Assembly (NCBI GenBank): GCA_050575255.1
Contig: JBNZDD010013718.1
Span: 4,237,644 to 4,301,643 of the forward strand
Length of the DNA stretch: 64,000 bases
Direction: 5' to 3'
From: Harriotta raleighana
Lineage: Eukaryota
Part shown: piece after piece, positions 25,921-36,460 of the stretch
Numbering within the stretch: position 1 is the stretch's first letter
Layout of the letters: the number at the start of each line of letters is the position of its first letter
Translations under genes and position numbers: made by a program
The notes under the pieces: model-generated
Databases searched by the model: none
What the model saw: only the letters and a program-made list of their open reading frames with translations
What the model was told of the DNA's origin: nothing

Positions 25921-27249
25921 AGCACATTTTCATATATCCTAAGGCACATTGGAATTGGGGGTCAACTCTTCAGCCTATCAAACCTTCTCTGCCAGTTTAT
26001 TAGACCACGGTGGACCACACCAAGAATATCCAAGATGTTTGGCAGCTGCCTGCCCACAGTTTTGTTTAAAAAAGTTAAGCCTGCCATTTTGCCGCAGTTT
26101 CAAAAATCCCAATCCATAGCGCAAGCAAACCTTTGAAACTTGTCATCAGGAATACATCTTTTTAGAATCCCATACAGTGTTTGTTCTGTCCCATTGGAGA
26201 CTATTTTATTCCTCTCTTTAGATTAGGTTCTCTCACGCAGACCGGTCCATAGGCTCTCAGGCCTCGACTAGTGTCATTCTGTAAATAGATTCAGGAATGT
26301 GTCCTCTATTTCTCTTGATCTCTCTGCAGGGAAAGCAGCTGGATACTATTTTGTGCCTCCACTTTCCCACGAACAGTCGTAACTCTCCAACTCTCCTGCT
26401 TTATATTACTATTATTTGTTCTACATATTTTTATAACCCTTTTGTCTCGCGAGTCATTCCTGTGAAAAAAAATTGTTCACACAGCCAGAACTAAAACAAG
26501 ATGACCATAAAATGACAGGAAAATAAAATGTTAAGCCTAAATGCAAACATACTGGAGGGTGGTGGGAAGGTGGGGGAATGCATGGAAGCAAAAAGTAACT
26601 ATCTCTTTTGCTCTCAACTCTCTGTTATAAAAAGTTATGCTCTTAATACACTTTAGGAATATAATTAAATGAGCAACTTTTAAAAATATGGTACGAGTTT
26701 CCCATCTTTTGTAAGGAGAAATAATTTTTTATTAAAAGTTAGAAGCTTAATTTTTTTATTCTCATTTCATAGATTCAAATCCAGTTAATTCCAGACCAGG
26801 CCCCACCTCACCATGTAATTAAAATACCTCTCCTCCCATTAAATCTAGGCATAATAGAGGATTACCAAAATGTTGTGATATCTACCTTATTATCTAAAAC
26901 AAACAAATGAATCATTTCTTTAAGACTTATTAGATATTGTAATGGTATCACAAAGTTTTGGTAAATGGATTGCTCTTGAAAGAGTCACGACTGACACAGT
27001 CTTCTGTGCTGTAAATATCTCTGGTTCCTGTAAATATCTCTGGTTCTCTGCCACCAACTACAGTAAACAAATTTATTCTGCACTCAGTTTTCACCAATTA
27101 AATAGTATTACTGGTTACCTTGTCGAAATATTCTGCTCTCGGACTTCAATCGATGGCGTTACTAACCTGGGATCTACAGTTCACCTCTAAATGCAAAATT
27201 GGAACACGAATAGGCCGTTTGACTCAGTGCATTTGTTCCTCCACACATC

Positions 27250-27325
27250 ATGTTCAGGTCCAAATCTCTAACTTGAGACGTCCTCCCATCGTGAAAGGCA
27301 CTATACAAATGTAATTTTGTATTGC
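27250..27325 (+). mobile_element. L2-type tail fragment
   Basis: cttgagacgtcctcccatcgtgaaaggcactatacaaatgtaattttgt. Confidence 0.8.
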
Positions 27326-27505
27326 TCTGATAAGAAATTCTAATCTAACACCTCTGAAATACCAAAAGCTTTCACCATTACTATTTCAATATTTTTGCTT
27401 TTGTGTGTGTGTGTGAAATGCGGCTTTTATTAAAAGCATTGAAATGACTGAATGAATTATCAGCAGCAGTGTGGCACTTCAAATTCTATTGAGCGAAATG
27501 TTCAG

Positions 27506-27735
27506 GGGAGAAATTTCCACCTTGGTCTACATTTATTCTATTTATGCAGAACACTCAGAATTTGACAAATTGTTACATACAGTCATAGTTTTGAAATTGG
27601 CTTCCTGCAGGTTTTGTTTGAGAACTGGAGAAAAATTATTTCAAAGTTAAGATGCTACTCAGCAATTTGCCAAATTTGGTCACTATAAAATGCTACATAA
27701 ATACAGCATACCTGCAACTGGGTGAAATTTCTCCC
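27506..27735. mobile_element. Palindromic MITE, probably PIF/Harbinger
   Basis: TIRs GGGAGAAATTTC ... GAAATTTCTCCC, CAG on both flanks (27503-5, 27736-8), and internal mirrored blocks (tatttatg/cataaata, aatttgacaaattg/caatttgccaaatt, tttgaaat/atttcaaa). Confidence 0.78.
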
Positions 27736-27840
27736 CAGTAGAAATTTAGAGCCACAGAATATTGGGAGTTCTTAATGACATGGATGAGTGTGAGGCATTC
27801 CATCATTCACAAGGTGGAATCTCATAACTCACTGGCTTAA

Positions 27841-28115
27841 TGATAAGCCTTTCAAAGGAAGAAAGAACTGCCCTAATATAGCATCGCCGGGGAGATAAGA
27901 CAGTTTATCAGCTTTCTGTAGGCAATCAAAACATGATAAACATGTTTGCTAGCTGAATTATCACGCACACCAAAAGCACAGCATATTATACAGGTGGATT
28001 TTGCTTATCAGGTTGCACTGCTGCTAAAGTAAAGGTTATTGCACTTAATTCATATCCTGTTCTCTGATAGAAAATAAGCATCGTTTGCAAGCCTCCATTA
28101 TTCAGGAAATTATCT
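27841..28115. promoter_or_regulatory. Candidate enhancer: cluster of eight WGATAR sites
   Basis: WGATAR on either strand at 27841, 27893, 27905, 27934, 27958, 28005, 28065, 28110 in TE-free sequence; TCF-like TTCAAAG at 27851. Confidence 0.5.
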
Positions 28116-28384
28116 ATAATACCAAGAGAATGTTTTGCATCCATTTTCTTACAGCAATCATTAGCCAATCTAGAAGAATTCCATTATTTGTTATCCGAGA
28201 ATTTCATCTGAAGGTAAGTGAAAACAACAATAACTGTCACATACTGCATAAGTATTCAGGTCACATAAACCTAGAGTGAAGTTATTGAAAAACAAATAAT
28301 TTCTGGCTGATAAAATCTCAGAGTCTAACCACTACAGAGGCACAACACAAGAGTGGGTGTCTTTGTAGTTTCCAGTGAAGTCAC

Positions 28385-28535
28385 TGTGTGGTTCTTTGTG
28401 GGACACTGGTGTGGTTAAATTGGCTGTCTTGTTCACCTATAAATACACATTCACTACACTTTAGGGTATATTCTGCAAAGTGCTTTGAGATGTCCTCCTG
28501 ATCTGCATGGCGTATATTAAATGCAGGGATTTAGA
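28385..28535 (+). mobile_element. SINE 3' fragment
   Basis: tttgtgggacactggtgtggttaaattggctg...gtgctttgagatgtcc...aaatgcaggga. Confidence 0.75.
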
Positions 28536-28624
28536 TGTTTTAGCTTTCTCAGAATCATCTGGTTAAAGTGAGGCATTGCAAGCTTCTTTAAATTCTTATT
28601 TTAAATAAACTATTATGATTTACC

Positions 28625-29700
28625 ATCAAATGGCTGTCAGGAAATGACCAGGTAGTAATGATGTTATAGAAGAACAGGTTGGCAATCTCGTCAAAGGTAT
28701 TCATGATTATCAAGCAACTATTAACATCATATTTAAAAATAACAGGACTGGAAATCTGAGTGACATACATAATAATCCCTTCAGCAAATAAAATAAGTGC
28801 TGAAAGACAACGTTGTGGAAATTATTCCAAAGAAAAAATAATCCTCAGAGTGTAAGGATTTAAAAATCTATCCCTAGTAACTTTTAAGAATGGAGAACTC
28901 CTAAATCTTGCTTTTAATTCTAAAGAGGATTTAATTTTTAAAAAAATGCTGAAGACATATTTTAGTGAAAAGAAGATTTTGTACAAATTCACTTGAGTGC
29001 ACACTATTCAGTATATTTTTAATGCCAAAGTATTTGCAGAAGTTATACGAACTTTTATTATCTAGTTAATCCAAGGCTTTGCCTCCATGTAAATTTCTGT
29101 TCCTTTCATCTCGGTGAAATAGCCTGCCTTCAATGCACAGGAATATTTCAATAATCAGTCCTGTGTCAGGGACATACTGTATTAACAAATCCATCCTTGT
29201 AACTTAACCTTAGCAGAAACACAACATAATTCCTCAATAAGATGTTTTTCAGTTCAAATGGTGTCCCTAAAATGTCCATCGTACATAACATGAAGATTTT
29301 CTTAAACAAAGCAGGTTTGTTTTTACACAAGATATCATGCATTGTTCATCATATGATGAAGATTGAAGAGATCAGATTATCTGCACTTTCTGGCACAAAC
29401 TCCAGCTCAGTAGGAGCCAATGCTTTTATCATTAGAAGAATATATATATTCCACTGAAGCAGATCTTAACATAAGGAAGATGCAATACCACTATGGAATC
29501 CTTGCAGTCGCATATATCGTTTAAAGATTCACCGAGCATACATTGCAAAACGTATTGGTACTTCAAGACACTCTGTGGATCCTTATCTGATGCATTTTCA
29601 GGTCTAATTTACACAAACATTCATCAGTGAACAGAGCAATACGAGCAGCAAAAATCATTTTCTGCATAGGTGTTGTTCTTCCAAACTCATCTCTCGTTTT
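28625..29700 (+). mobile_element. Highly degraded LINE reverse-transcriptase fossil, probably I-group (I/Nimb/Ingi-like)
   Basis: Collinear decayed motifs across frameshifts and deletions: SGNDQVVMML*K (28637), VVEIIPKKK*SSECKD then F-K-N-L-S-L (28812-28876), LKTYFSEKKI (28949), CTLFSIF (28998), VFAEVI for LFADDI (29030), NG..V..K..GLFL (29257), RLSAL..VGAN..IRRIY..SRS..EDAIPLWNP (29375-29502). Confidence 0.7.
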
Positions 29701-30116
29701 TATGAGTTAATTCTGCTCAAAACCCATGGGTCCTGTTTAACACTGTCGTATTTGCGCTGACACAAACTCACTGCTTAATTTTGTCACTTTACACTGCATT
29801 TTAATAGGCAGCAAAAATACACTTTAAAAATGTGCTCAGCACAATTGGTTTGAATTATTTGATTGCTGTCACTCAGGGTGTCATTTTATGTCATGGATGG
29901 AGGAACAATTTCTTCTGGAGTCCTAGTGGTGGCAAAGGATCTACATCTTCAGATATCCTATTCTCTTATTATCTAGCAAATCATGACTCCCAACTGCATA
30001 CTGGGAGTATTTTCTCTCGCAACTGCATACTGCCCATAACCATTGCCATTTTGCCTAATTTCTCCTGAAGAGATGGACAGTTGTGTTTGACTGCCAATGT
30101 AATTGACATTCATTAT

Positions 30117-30846
30117 GTAAGTACAGAGTGCTTCACAAACTGCATTGAAATTCAAAGGTCTGAACTGACTCAAATGCTTGACATCCTCCAGCAACTAGAA
30201 AGGTGCTGTTAAACCCAGCATTGATCAGTGATATCTATCAATATTTGCAAACCAGATGTCACTGGCCAATTGAAATGTCCAGTTTTTGACCCACCACCGC
30301 CTTTGAGCCACTTCTTGGTTGAGAAAAGTGTCATTAAGTACCAAAAAAAGCAAACGACTATTTCCCCCCCCAGATTTTAATATTAACTGGTTTGAGGAAA
30401 CAGGTTGATCTAACGTTCCAATCTGTTGGGTTGGCTCTGAACATGTTGCGTGTGTTAAGCAGTATCTTTTTGCTGATCCACACAAGATCTATTTCAACAG
30501 AGAGCAATGTATTTAACTATTAATATGCCAGTCACGATTTATATTGTCAATTGACTATCTTCTTCACTTGTCATAATATCGTCTAGGTGGCAAATTGCAA
30601 TACCATGTGTCAACTTAATAAGGATACAGGGACAAAGATGTTTGTAATGGAAAATGCTTCTGAAAAGATAAATATAATGATGGAGGAGTGTTGCAGCACT
30701 ACCATTGGATGTGTTAGGATAGCCAGTACAAGAGTCACAAAAGTCAACCCTGCACTCTTGGTGAGAATTTGCAGGCAGTAAGTGCAGAGTGCTTCACAAA
30801 CCTCATTGAAATTCAAACATCAGAGTTGACTCAAATCTGTCGACAT
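30117..30846. repeat. Degenerate direct repeat, ~661-bp offset (30117-30185 vs 30778-30846)
   Basis: gtaagtRcagagtgcttcacaaacNNcattgaaattcaaa is 37/40 identical, followed by tgactcaaat...gacatc in both copies. Confidence 0.85.
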
Positions 30847-32377
30847 CAGGAGCAGACTTAAGGGAAAATGTGATCAATATTCCTTACAACTTTCTTATGG
30901 CCGCCGATGGAATCTTATTCGCTGGTTTTTCATCTCCCATTCAAATGCCAGTTGGAAATGTTCAATGCACTTTAACTCCAAAGGCTAATTTAACATAAAT
31001 TTTAAAGATTTTTCCATTAAATTTCTTAAATCTAAGCAACAATGGTGGTCGATCTAAAAAATCTTGCCTTCTTAAAATTGATGAAAGGCTGAAGAGAGAA
31101 ATAAAGATTTTCTGCAGGCACTCCCTTAAGATGTATCACTCCAAGTCATTTTATTGTAATATTAGTCATCGCAAATTGACAAGTTGCAAAACCTCATGAA
31201 TGTCTGATGCATATCGACTTATAGATAGAAGCCAACTGACTCCAATGTTTATCATGTTAACTAGAGGTGTGGTCAGGGCTCCAGGCATCCTAAATTATAC
31301 CTTATAGATTCTCACCAGAAATGGGAACCCTAGGCTAAAGGTTACTGCACAGGCATGACATTAGATCTGTGTACTTTTAAAGAAATTGCTCTTTCAAGAC
31401 AGCTTAACTGGGATCCTGATATGAAAGGCACTCTATAAATGTAATTTTGTTGTTGGTGGTGCCATGAACATTCACCTTCCATTTAGTGCCTGCACTGACT
31501 CAATGCTAATGGAGCTGAAACATCAATCGTTGCTTGGTTGCTTGAAGCAGTTTTTAAAAAAAACACNCAGTCTTGTTATACTTCTCAGGCCTCTCCATTG
31601 TGTTGCAACTTCATCTCCTTTCTGACCCTCAGCTCCAGCATTCAATTCAAAATATGCGTCACTTTGATAAATCCATTTAGCCAATTAAATCTTATTATGA
31701 TGTGGCAATACACCACAATCCTGCTCTTTGATCTGATTGAATTAGCATGGAACAGGTTTAAGGGTGGGTGCCTCTGTAACCCCAAGATGATCCAATATGT
31801 GTGCTGATCTGATTTGTGCAAGTGGAGACCTGAACTGTACATTGCAGTAACGTCAGAGAATCCCAGACAATGATAGATCCTGGGGTTTGTCAGTTTGGGA
31901 TTATCTCCTAGGCCTACCCACATTAAAAGAAAACATTGGCATTCCACCAGGATGCAGGAAAGGCAGATTTCATGCGCTGTGTTAAACTAAGACTTGTTGA
32001 TGTGGCATATATTTTTCTCCAACATACATGTCTTTAGTTGTTATGTTCCCTTCAAGAAAAATGGGTTTTGTATTTTCGTTTGTCCACACATGGCCTGCAG
32101 TGCTATACAGTAGTCTGAAATGCCGGCTGTGAATGCCATAGCAACACAACACGACAAATCATTGTGGGTTTTCATGACCATTCACCTTAAAATTTAATCA
32201 CGAGGATCACCCACTAAGAATTATTTATCCAATCGTTTCAGAGAAATAGCTCCAAACACGAAGCTGCTTCAGCAAAGGGCCAGAAGTTGGTGATTTAGTG
32301 TAATTCGTTGAAGCATTTCACTTGCTTGGCACCCCACAATGATTTACATGCAAAAAAAAAATCAGTTCTTCACTTAC

Positions 32378-32414
32378 CTTAACCACTGCCCTCCTGGTGT
32401 TAAAGGGATTTAAC
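32378..32414 (-). other. Candidate 37-nt exon of an unidentified gene
   Basis: ttttttcag|GTTAAATCCCTTTAACACCAGGAGGGCAGTGGTTAAG|gtaagtg; one open frame (LNPFNTRRAVVK); TGCATG ~25 nt into the downstream intron. Confidence 0.35.
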
Positions 32415-34310
32415 CTGAAAAAATATTAACCTTTTTGTTAAAAAAAATTGTGATCTGAAGCATTTCTCTCAAAGAATTGCACTTTTGATAGCTTTATGAA
32501 GTCATACCAATAATGTTAGGCTTTGAATGCTGGTCTGTCTAAACTTCACAAATGATTTCTCCAGACTATAATGAACTCCTGTATATCTTACATTTTATCG
32601 AGCTAATAAGAACAGGGGCTACTATTAATCTTTGACAAAACCACAAACAGGAAACAGCTCAGACTCAATGTACTCTAAGAAGGACAAAATCTGCAGCCAT
32701 GGCTGATTCAAACATACCTGTGACTAACCCCACTAATGGAAAGAACATGTGAAATACTCAATGATCTAGTGTCAAACAAAAGCTCATCAGCAGCTATCAG
32801 TCAATGCATCCAAGTCATTTATGCCTGGAAAAATCAACATGCACAAAGGAAAACTAGATCACTCTTCAATCTGCATTTCTAACTCTTCTTCACAGAAGAA
32901 AACTAAAACAGCAAGCACTAACCCGGAAGATGCTTCTGTTGTATCAGGGTACAGTGATTGGCTAGGACACCTTCACAGTTCTCACCAACTCTGCAACTCG
33001 GAAGGAGCGTAATCCTCACGACTGCAGCTCGTAGAGCACGAAGGGTGCCAATTACCTTCAAACATTGTCTCAGTCGGCTAACAGAAATTATCCCAAATAC
33101 ACTTCTGCACCAGGCAACATTTTAAACCTTTATTCCTATAGGTTGACCTCTATAGGACCCGACACAGTATGTCCCACCACTCACTCCACTAACCTGTTCT
33201 GCAGAACTCTAGCTGTGTACCTGAATTGAAGAAACTAGAAGGAATATATGCCTGACAAAGTACAGATAAGAGAAGCTTTACAGACAGAAAAACAGCATTC
33301 CTACCCACTCCCCACAATAAAACCAGAAACCTGTCTTTCTTAGCTCATTTGAAAGATTTCCCAGTTCAGCTTTGTGAACTGCCAGGCGTTTTGTGTTACA
33401 GCATAGAATGTCCTATTAAACCATCACCATATCCATACATTTTATTTAACTATTCTATAGAATTTCCTTTACATTGAAAACTCTTGGAACAAAAGGATTG
33501 AATAAAGCCAATATCTTTTGCCATTTTAAGCTTCTTTGTTGGACAGATTCAATATTCATGCAGTATTATATTGTGAATTCTAATAGACGTTTGACATCTG
33601 CAGAGCTTCATAACAATCCATATTTAAATTAAAAATAGCCCATCATAGAAGCACAGCTTATAGCCCAATTTATGATGGGAATTAAACTGTTATTAAAATG
33701 CTAATACTTCTGCATTATGCTGTATTTTCCAATCATTTTACCTAAACATGGGTATGAAGAACTGCTATTAAGATTGATAAAATTGTTGAGGGCAAGTGAG
33801 CTGCATGCCGCCTAAGGCTACAACAAAATTATTCTAAACTGCAAATCATTAGTCTAGTTATACGTTTAGAAGGTACATGCGTTACCATAATCCATGGAGA
33901 CAAATTTTATTTAGTTCTGCTAATACATATTGATCAGCCCTTGCTGGGCTGCCTCAAACAAAAGAGAATCACATTACAGCAAAATTTGAGCTCGACAGTT
34001 CGGAACAAAAAAAAGTAAGGCAAGCCCGGGAAGTGGGAGGTTAGGCATTGGCTTTTCTACGGGCTCAATAATGATGGATTCTAGTCTTTCGGCAGTCGGG
34101 ATTCAAAATTAGTTCAGACTATTCTGCAAAATGCCATTCAGACTTGTGCAATGTACTACAGCTACGAGATAAGCACGCCTGTTTACAAGACCACCTTAAT
34201 GGAGAAGTTATTATAGATTCAACATGATACAGTTCTGGGAAGGGCGTGTGAGGTGGTGTGTGGGAGGGACGGAAGAGTAAGTGCAAGTGTGTGCATGATG
34301 GATATATTCA

Positions 34311-34481
34311 AGTCTTGAAGACCAGTGTTATCAGGCTATTTTGTGGGGAGGGGAAAGAGAGAAGGCATCACAGCAAAATCCAGTCTTGTTTTCATCCGAT
34401 GGCTACACCTTCCAGAAAGTTTCTGAATAGCACAAAGAACATGAAGCTTGACTGATTTCACTCCTCTCTTGCAATCAACTG
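34311..34481 (-). mobile_element. Old SINE-like fragment, duplicated at 35691-35860
   Basis: About 83% identical (hand count) to 35691-35860; related to 22700-23000. Confidence 0.65.
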
Positions 34482-35254
34482 GTGGGAGGGTATGTGTGGA
34501 GATGGTGTGCGAGTGTGTTAGAAGAGCATGTATGTGTCAGGGAGTTAGAGAATGTGTGTGTGAGAAACACAAAGCTTTGTGATGGATCAAAGCATCCAAT
34601 TACTGATCCTTCTTCCACTGTGCAGATAAAATGGATTTACCAAGAGCTACCTCAGAGAGTAGACAGTCCAATTTATGTTTAACACATGGAATCAATAACA
34701 AATTTTGAATATTAATTTGATGGGGGGGAGGGGCAGTGATCAATTCTTGTACTGATATTTCATACAATTGCTTGACCTAATATCAATAAGCACATCCACT
34801 GCATAAAATACTAAAGAGATAGCAATCTAACTATAGTTTAGCAAAATATTAAATTTAAATGCAAAGCGCATGCAGATTGACAAATAGCCTTGCACTGATG
34901 TGGTTATGTATGCTAAAGAAAAAATAATGTATTTATAAAATCACAGGAGAGCGGGGGAAGGGAAAGTAACCAAGTCGAACAATAGAAAAAGCTTGAGCTG
35001 TCCATCAAGGCAATCCTAAACCTCTAAAATCCAATAAACAATGTAATAGGGCTGGGAATAGCAATTGGAATTAACCTGAATGGTAGACTTTCGAAGCACA
35101 ATTATAAAGACATTTCAGCTTTAAAAGATGCAATGCTGAATCTCTCAAGCAACACTGCACAAATCTCTTAAACAGTTGAATTGGAAGTAGCTATTTGCTT
35201 GTATCTGAAGGTAAGCTAAAATTAAATGTAAATCCAAAAAGACCTCAATTAGGA

Positions 35255-35412
35255 TTTTATCTTCTCCCATTTCCCTTCTCCCATCCCTCCCCCCCACCCA
35301 AACCTGATCCCAGCTCAGGTCTGAAACATTGATTGTCCAGTGCCTTGGGGTGGGACGTCCTCCTGATGTAAAAGGTGTGTTGTGCAAGTGTCATTTTATT
35401 GTTGTTGTTGTT
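35255..35412 (+). mobile_element. L2 LINE 3' UTR/tail
   Basis: cctgatcccagctcaggtctgaaacattgattgtccagtgccttggg...aaaggtg...(TTG)n. Confidence 0.85.
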
Positions 35413-35427
35413 TCTCCCCTAACCCCA

Positions 35428-35640
35428 CTTCCATGACTGTTTGTGGGACACTGCTGTGTGCAATTTGCCTGCCACGTTCCGCCCACAAATATACAGTCAA
35501 TTTTCCTACTCTCCTTCCCCTAACCCCTCCCCACCCCCCAGCCCCCAACCGCTCTGATCCCTACCTGACTGTTCAGCGCCTTGGGACCTCCTCCCAACGT
35601 GAAAGGCACTATGTAAATGTAATTATTGATTGATTGATTT
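35428..35640 (+). mobile_element. SINE variant: Deu-like core joined to a pyrimidine tract and L2 LINE tail
   Basis: ccatgactgtttgtgggacactgctgtg...gcccacaaatatacagtcaatt then ttcctactctccttcccc...gactgttcagcgccttgggac...gtgaaaggcact...(TTGA)n. Confidence 0.85.
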
Positions 35641-35654
35641 TTTCCCTTTAATTA

Positions 35655-35862
35655 GGCATGGTGCCTTACCCAAGCGACTGGACATTTGCGAGTCTTGAAG
35701 ACGAGTGTTATCAGGCTATTTTGTAGAAAAGGGAAGTGGGGAGGCATCAAAGGAAAACCCAGTCTTGTCTTCACCTGATGGCCACACCTTCCAGTAAGCC
35801 CCTGAATAGCAAGACAAACATGAAGCCTGACTGATTTCCCTCCTTTCTTGCAACCAACTGCT
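35655..35862 (-). mobile_element. Old SINE-like fragment (second family)
   Basis: Paired with 34311-34481. Confidence 0.65.
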
Positions 35863-36129
35863 CCGCTAACTGGGATAAGACATTTTATAGGGAGGAGAGA
35901 GTGTGTGTTTAGGGCAGAGGGGAATGCACCATAAGAAGAACTGACTGTCAACAGAAACATTGTCTGTTGTTTAGAAATGGTGTGAAGCTTTAAAAGTTTC
36001 GTTCAAATCAATAGCGTTTCAATTGAGTGGATGTGACAGCCCGCCTATTTTAAAGTAATCCAACCCCTCAGCTGTACAGTAATCATTAAATATTTATTAG
36101 TGGCTCAGGCAATTTATGAAGTAAATAGA

Positions 36130-36460
36130 TCTGCCACCCAGTCTGGGATGATTCCAGGTTTGATTCCCCTCGCTCCCACGTCAGTACTAAGGACACGATA
36201 ATTGGCCTCAGTTGTCCCAGATTAAACAATCATATTGAACAATCCTGATTGTTCTCCAGTGACTGGTGGAGCTGCATATGAAGGGAGGACTTCAGATGAG
36301 GAAAGGACTAGCTTCAGCTATGTCAGCCTGAGTCGTTCTGTGTCAGAAAGTTGGGGGTTCAAACCGCATGTTGGGACTTGAAACTCATCTAATCCAATGA
36401 AGTGCTGGGGGTTTGCTGCATTGTTGGAGATGCCATCTTCGAATGAGATATCAAACTGAT
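36130..36460 (+). mobile_element. Two adjacent old SINE 5' fragments (second family, then DeuSINE-like head)
   Basis: ccaggtttgattcc B-box and aattggcctcagt (36145-36212); gtcagaaagttgggggttcaaaccgcatgttgggacttga...ggagatgccatcttcgaatgaga (36342-36448) mirrors the antisense copy at 10130-10240. Confidence 0.6.

Noticed and set aside
27009-27046. Short tandem duplications (19 bp here; also 45067-45100, 49128-49159, 38200-38235)
   Set aside because: Ordinary slippage duplications with no further structure
28155-28213. Plus-strand 59-nt exon candidate (ttttcttacag...GAAG|gtaagt)
   Set aside because: Good splice signals but an unrecognised peptide (IISQSRRIPLFVIREFHLK) and no supporting partner; such pairs occur by chance in 64 kb
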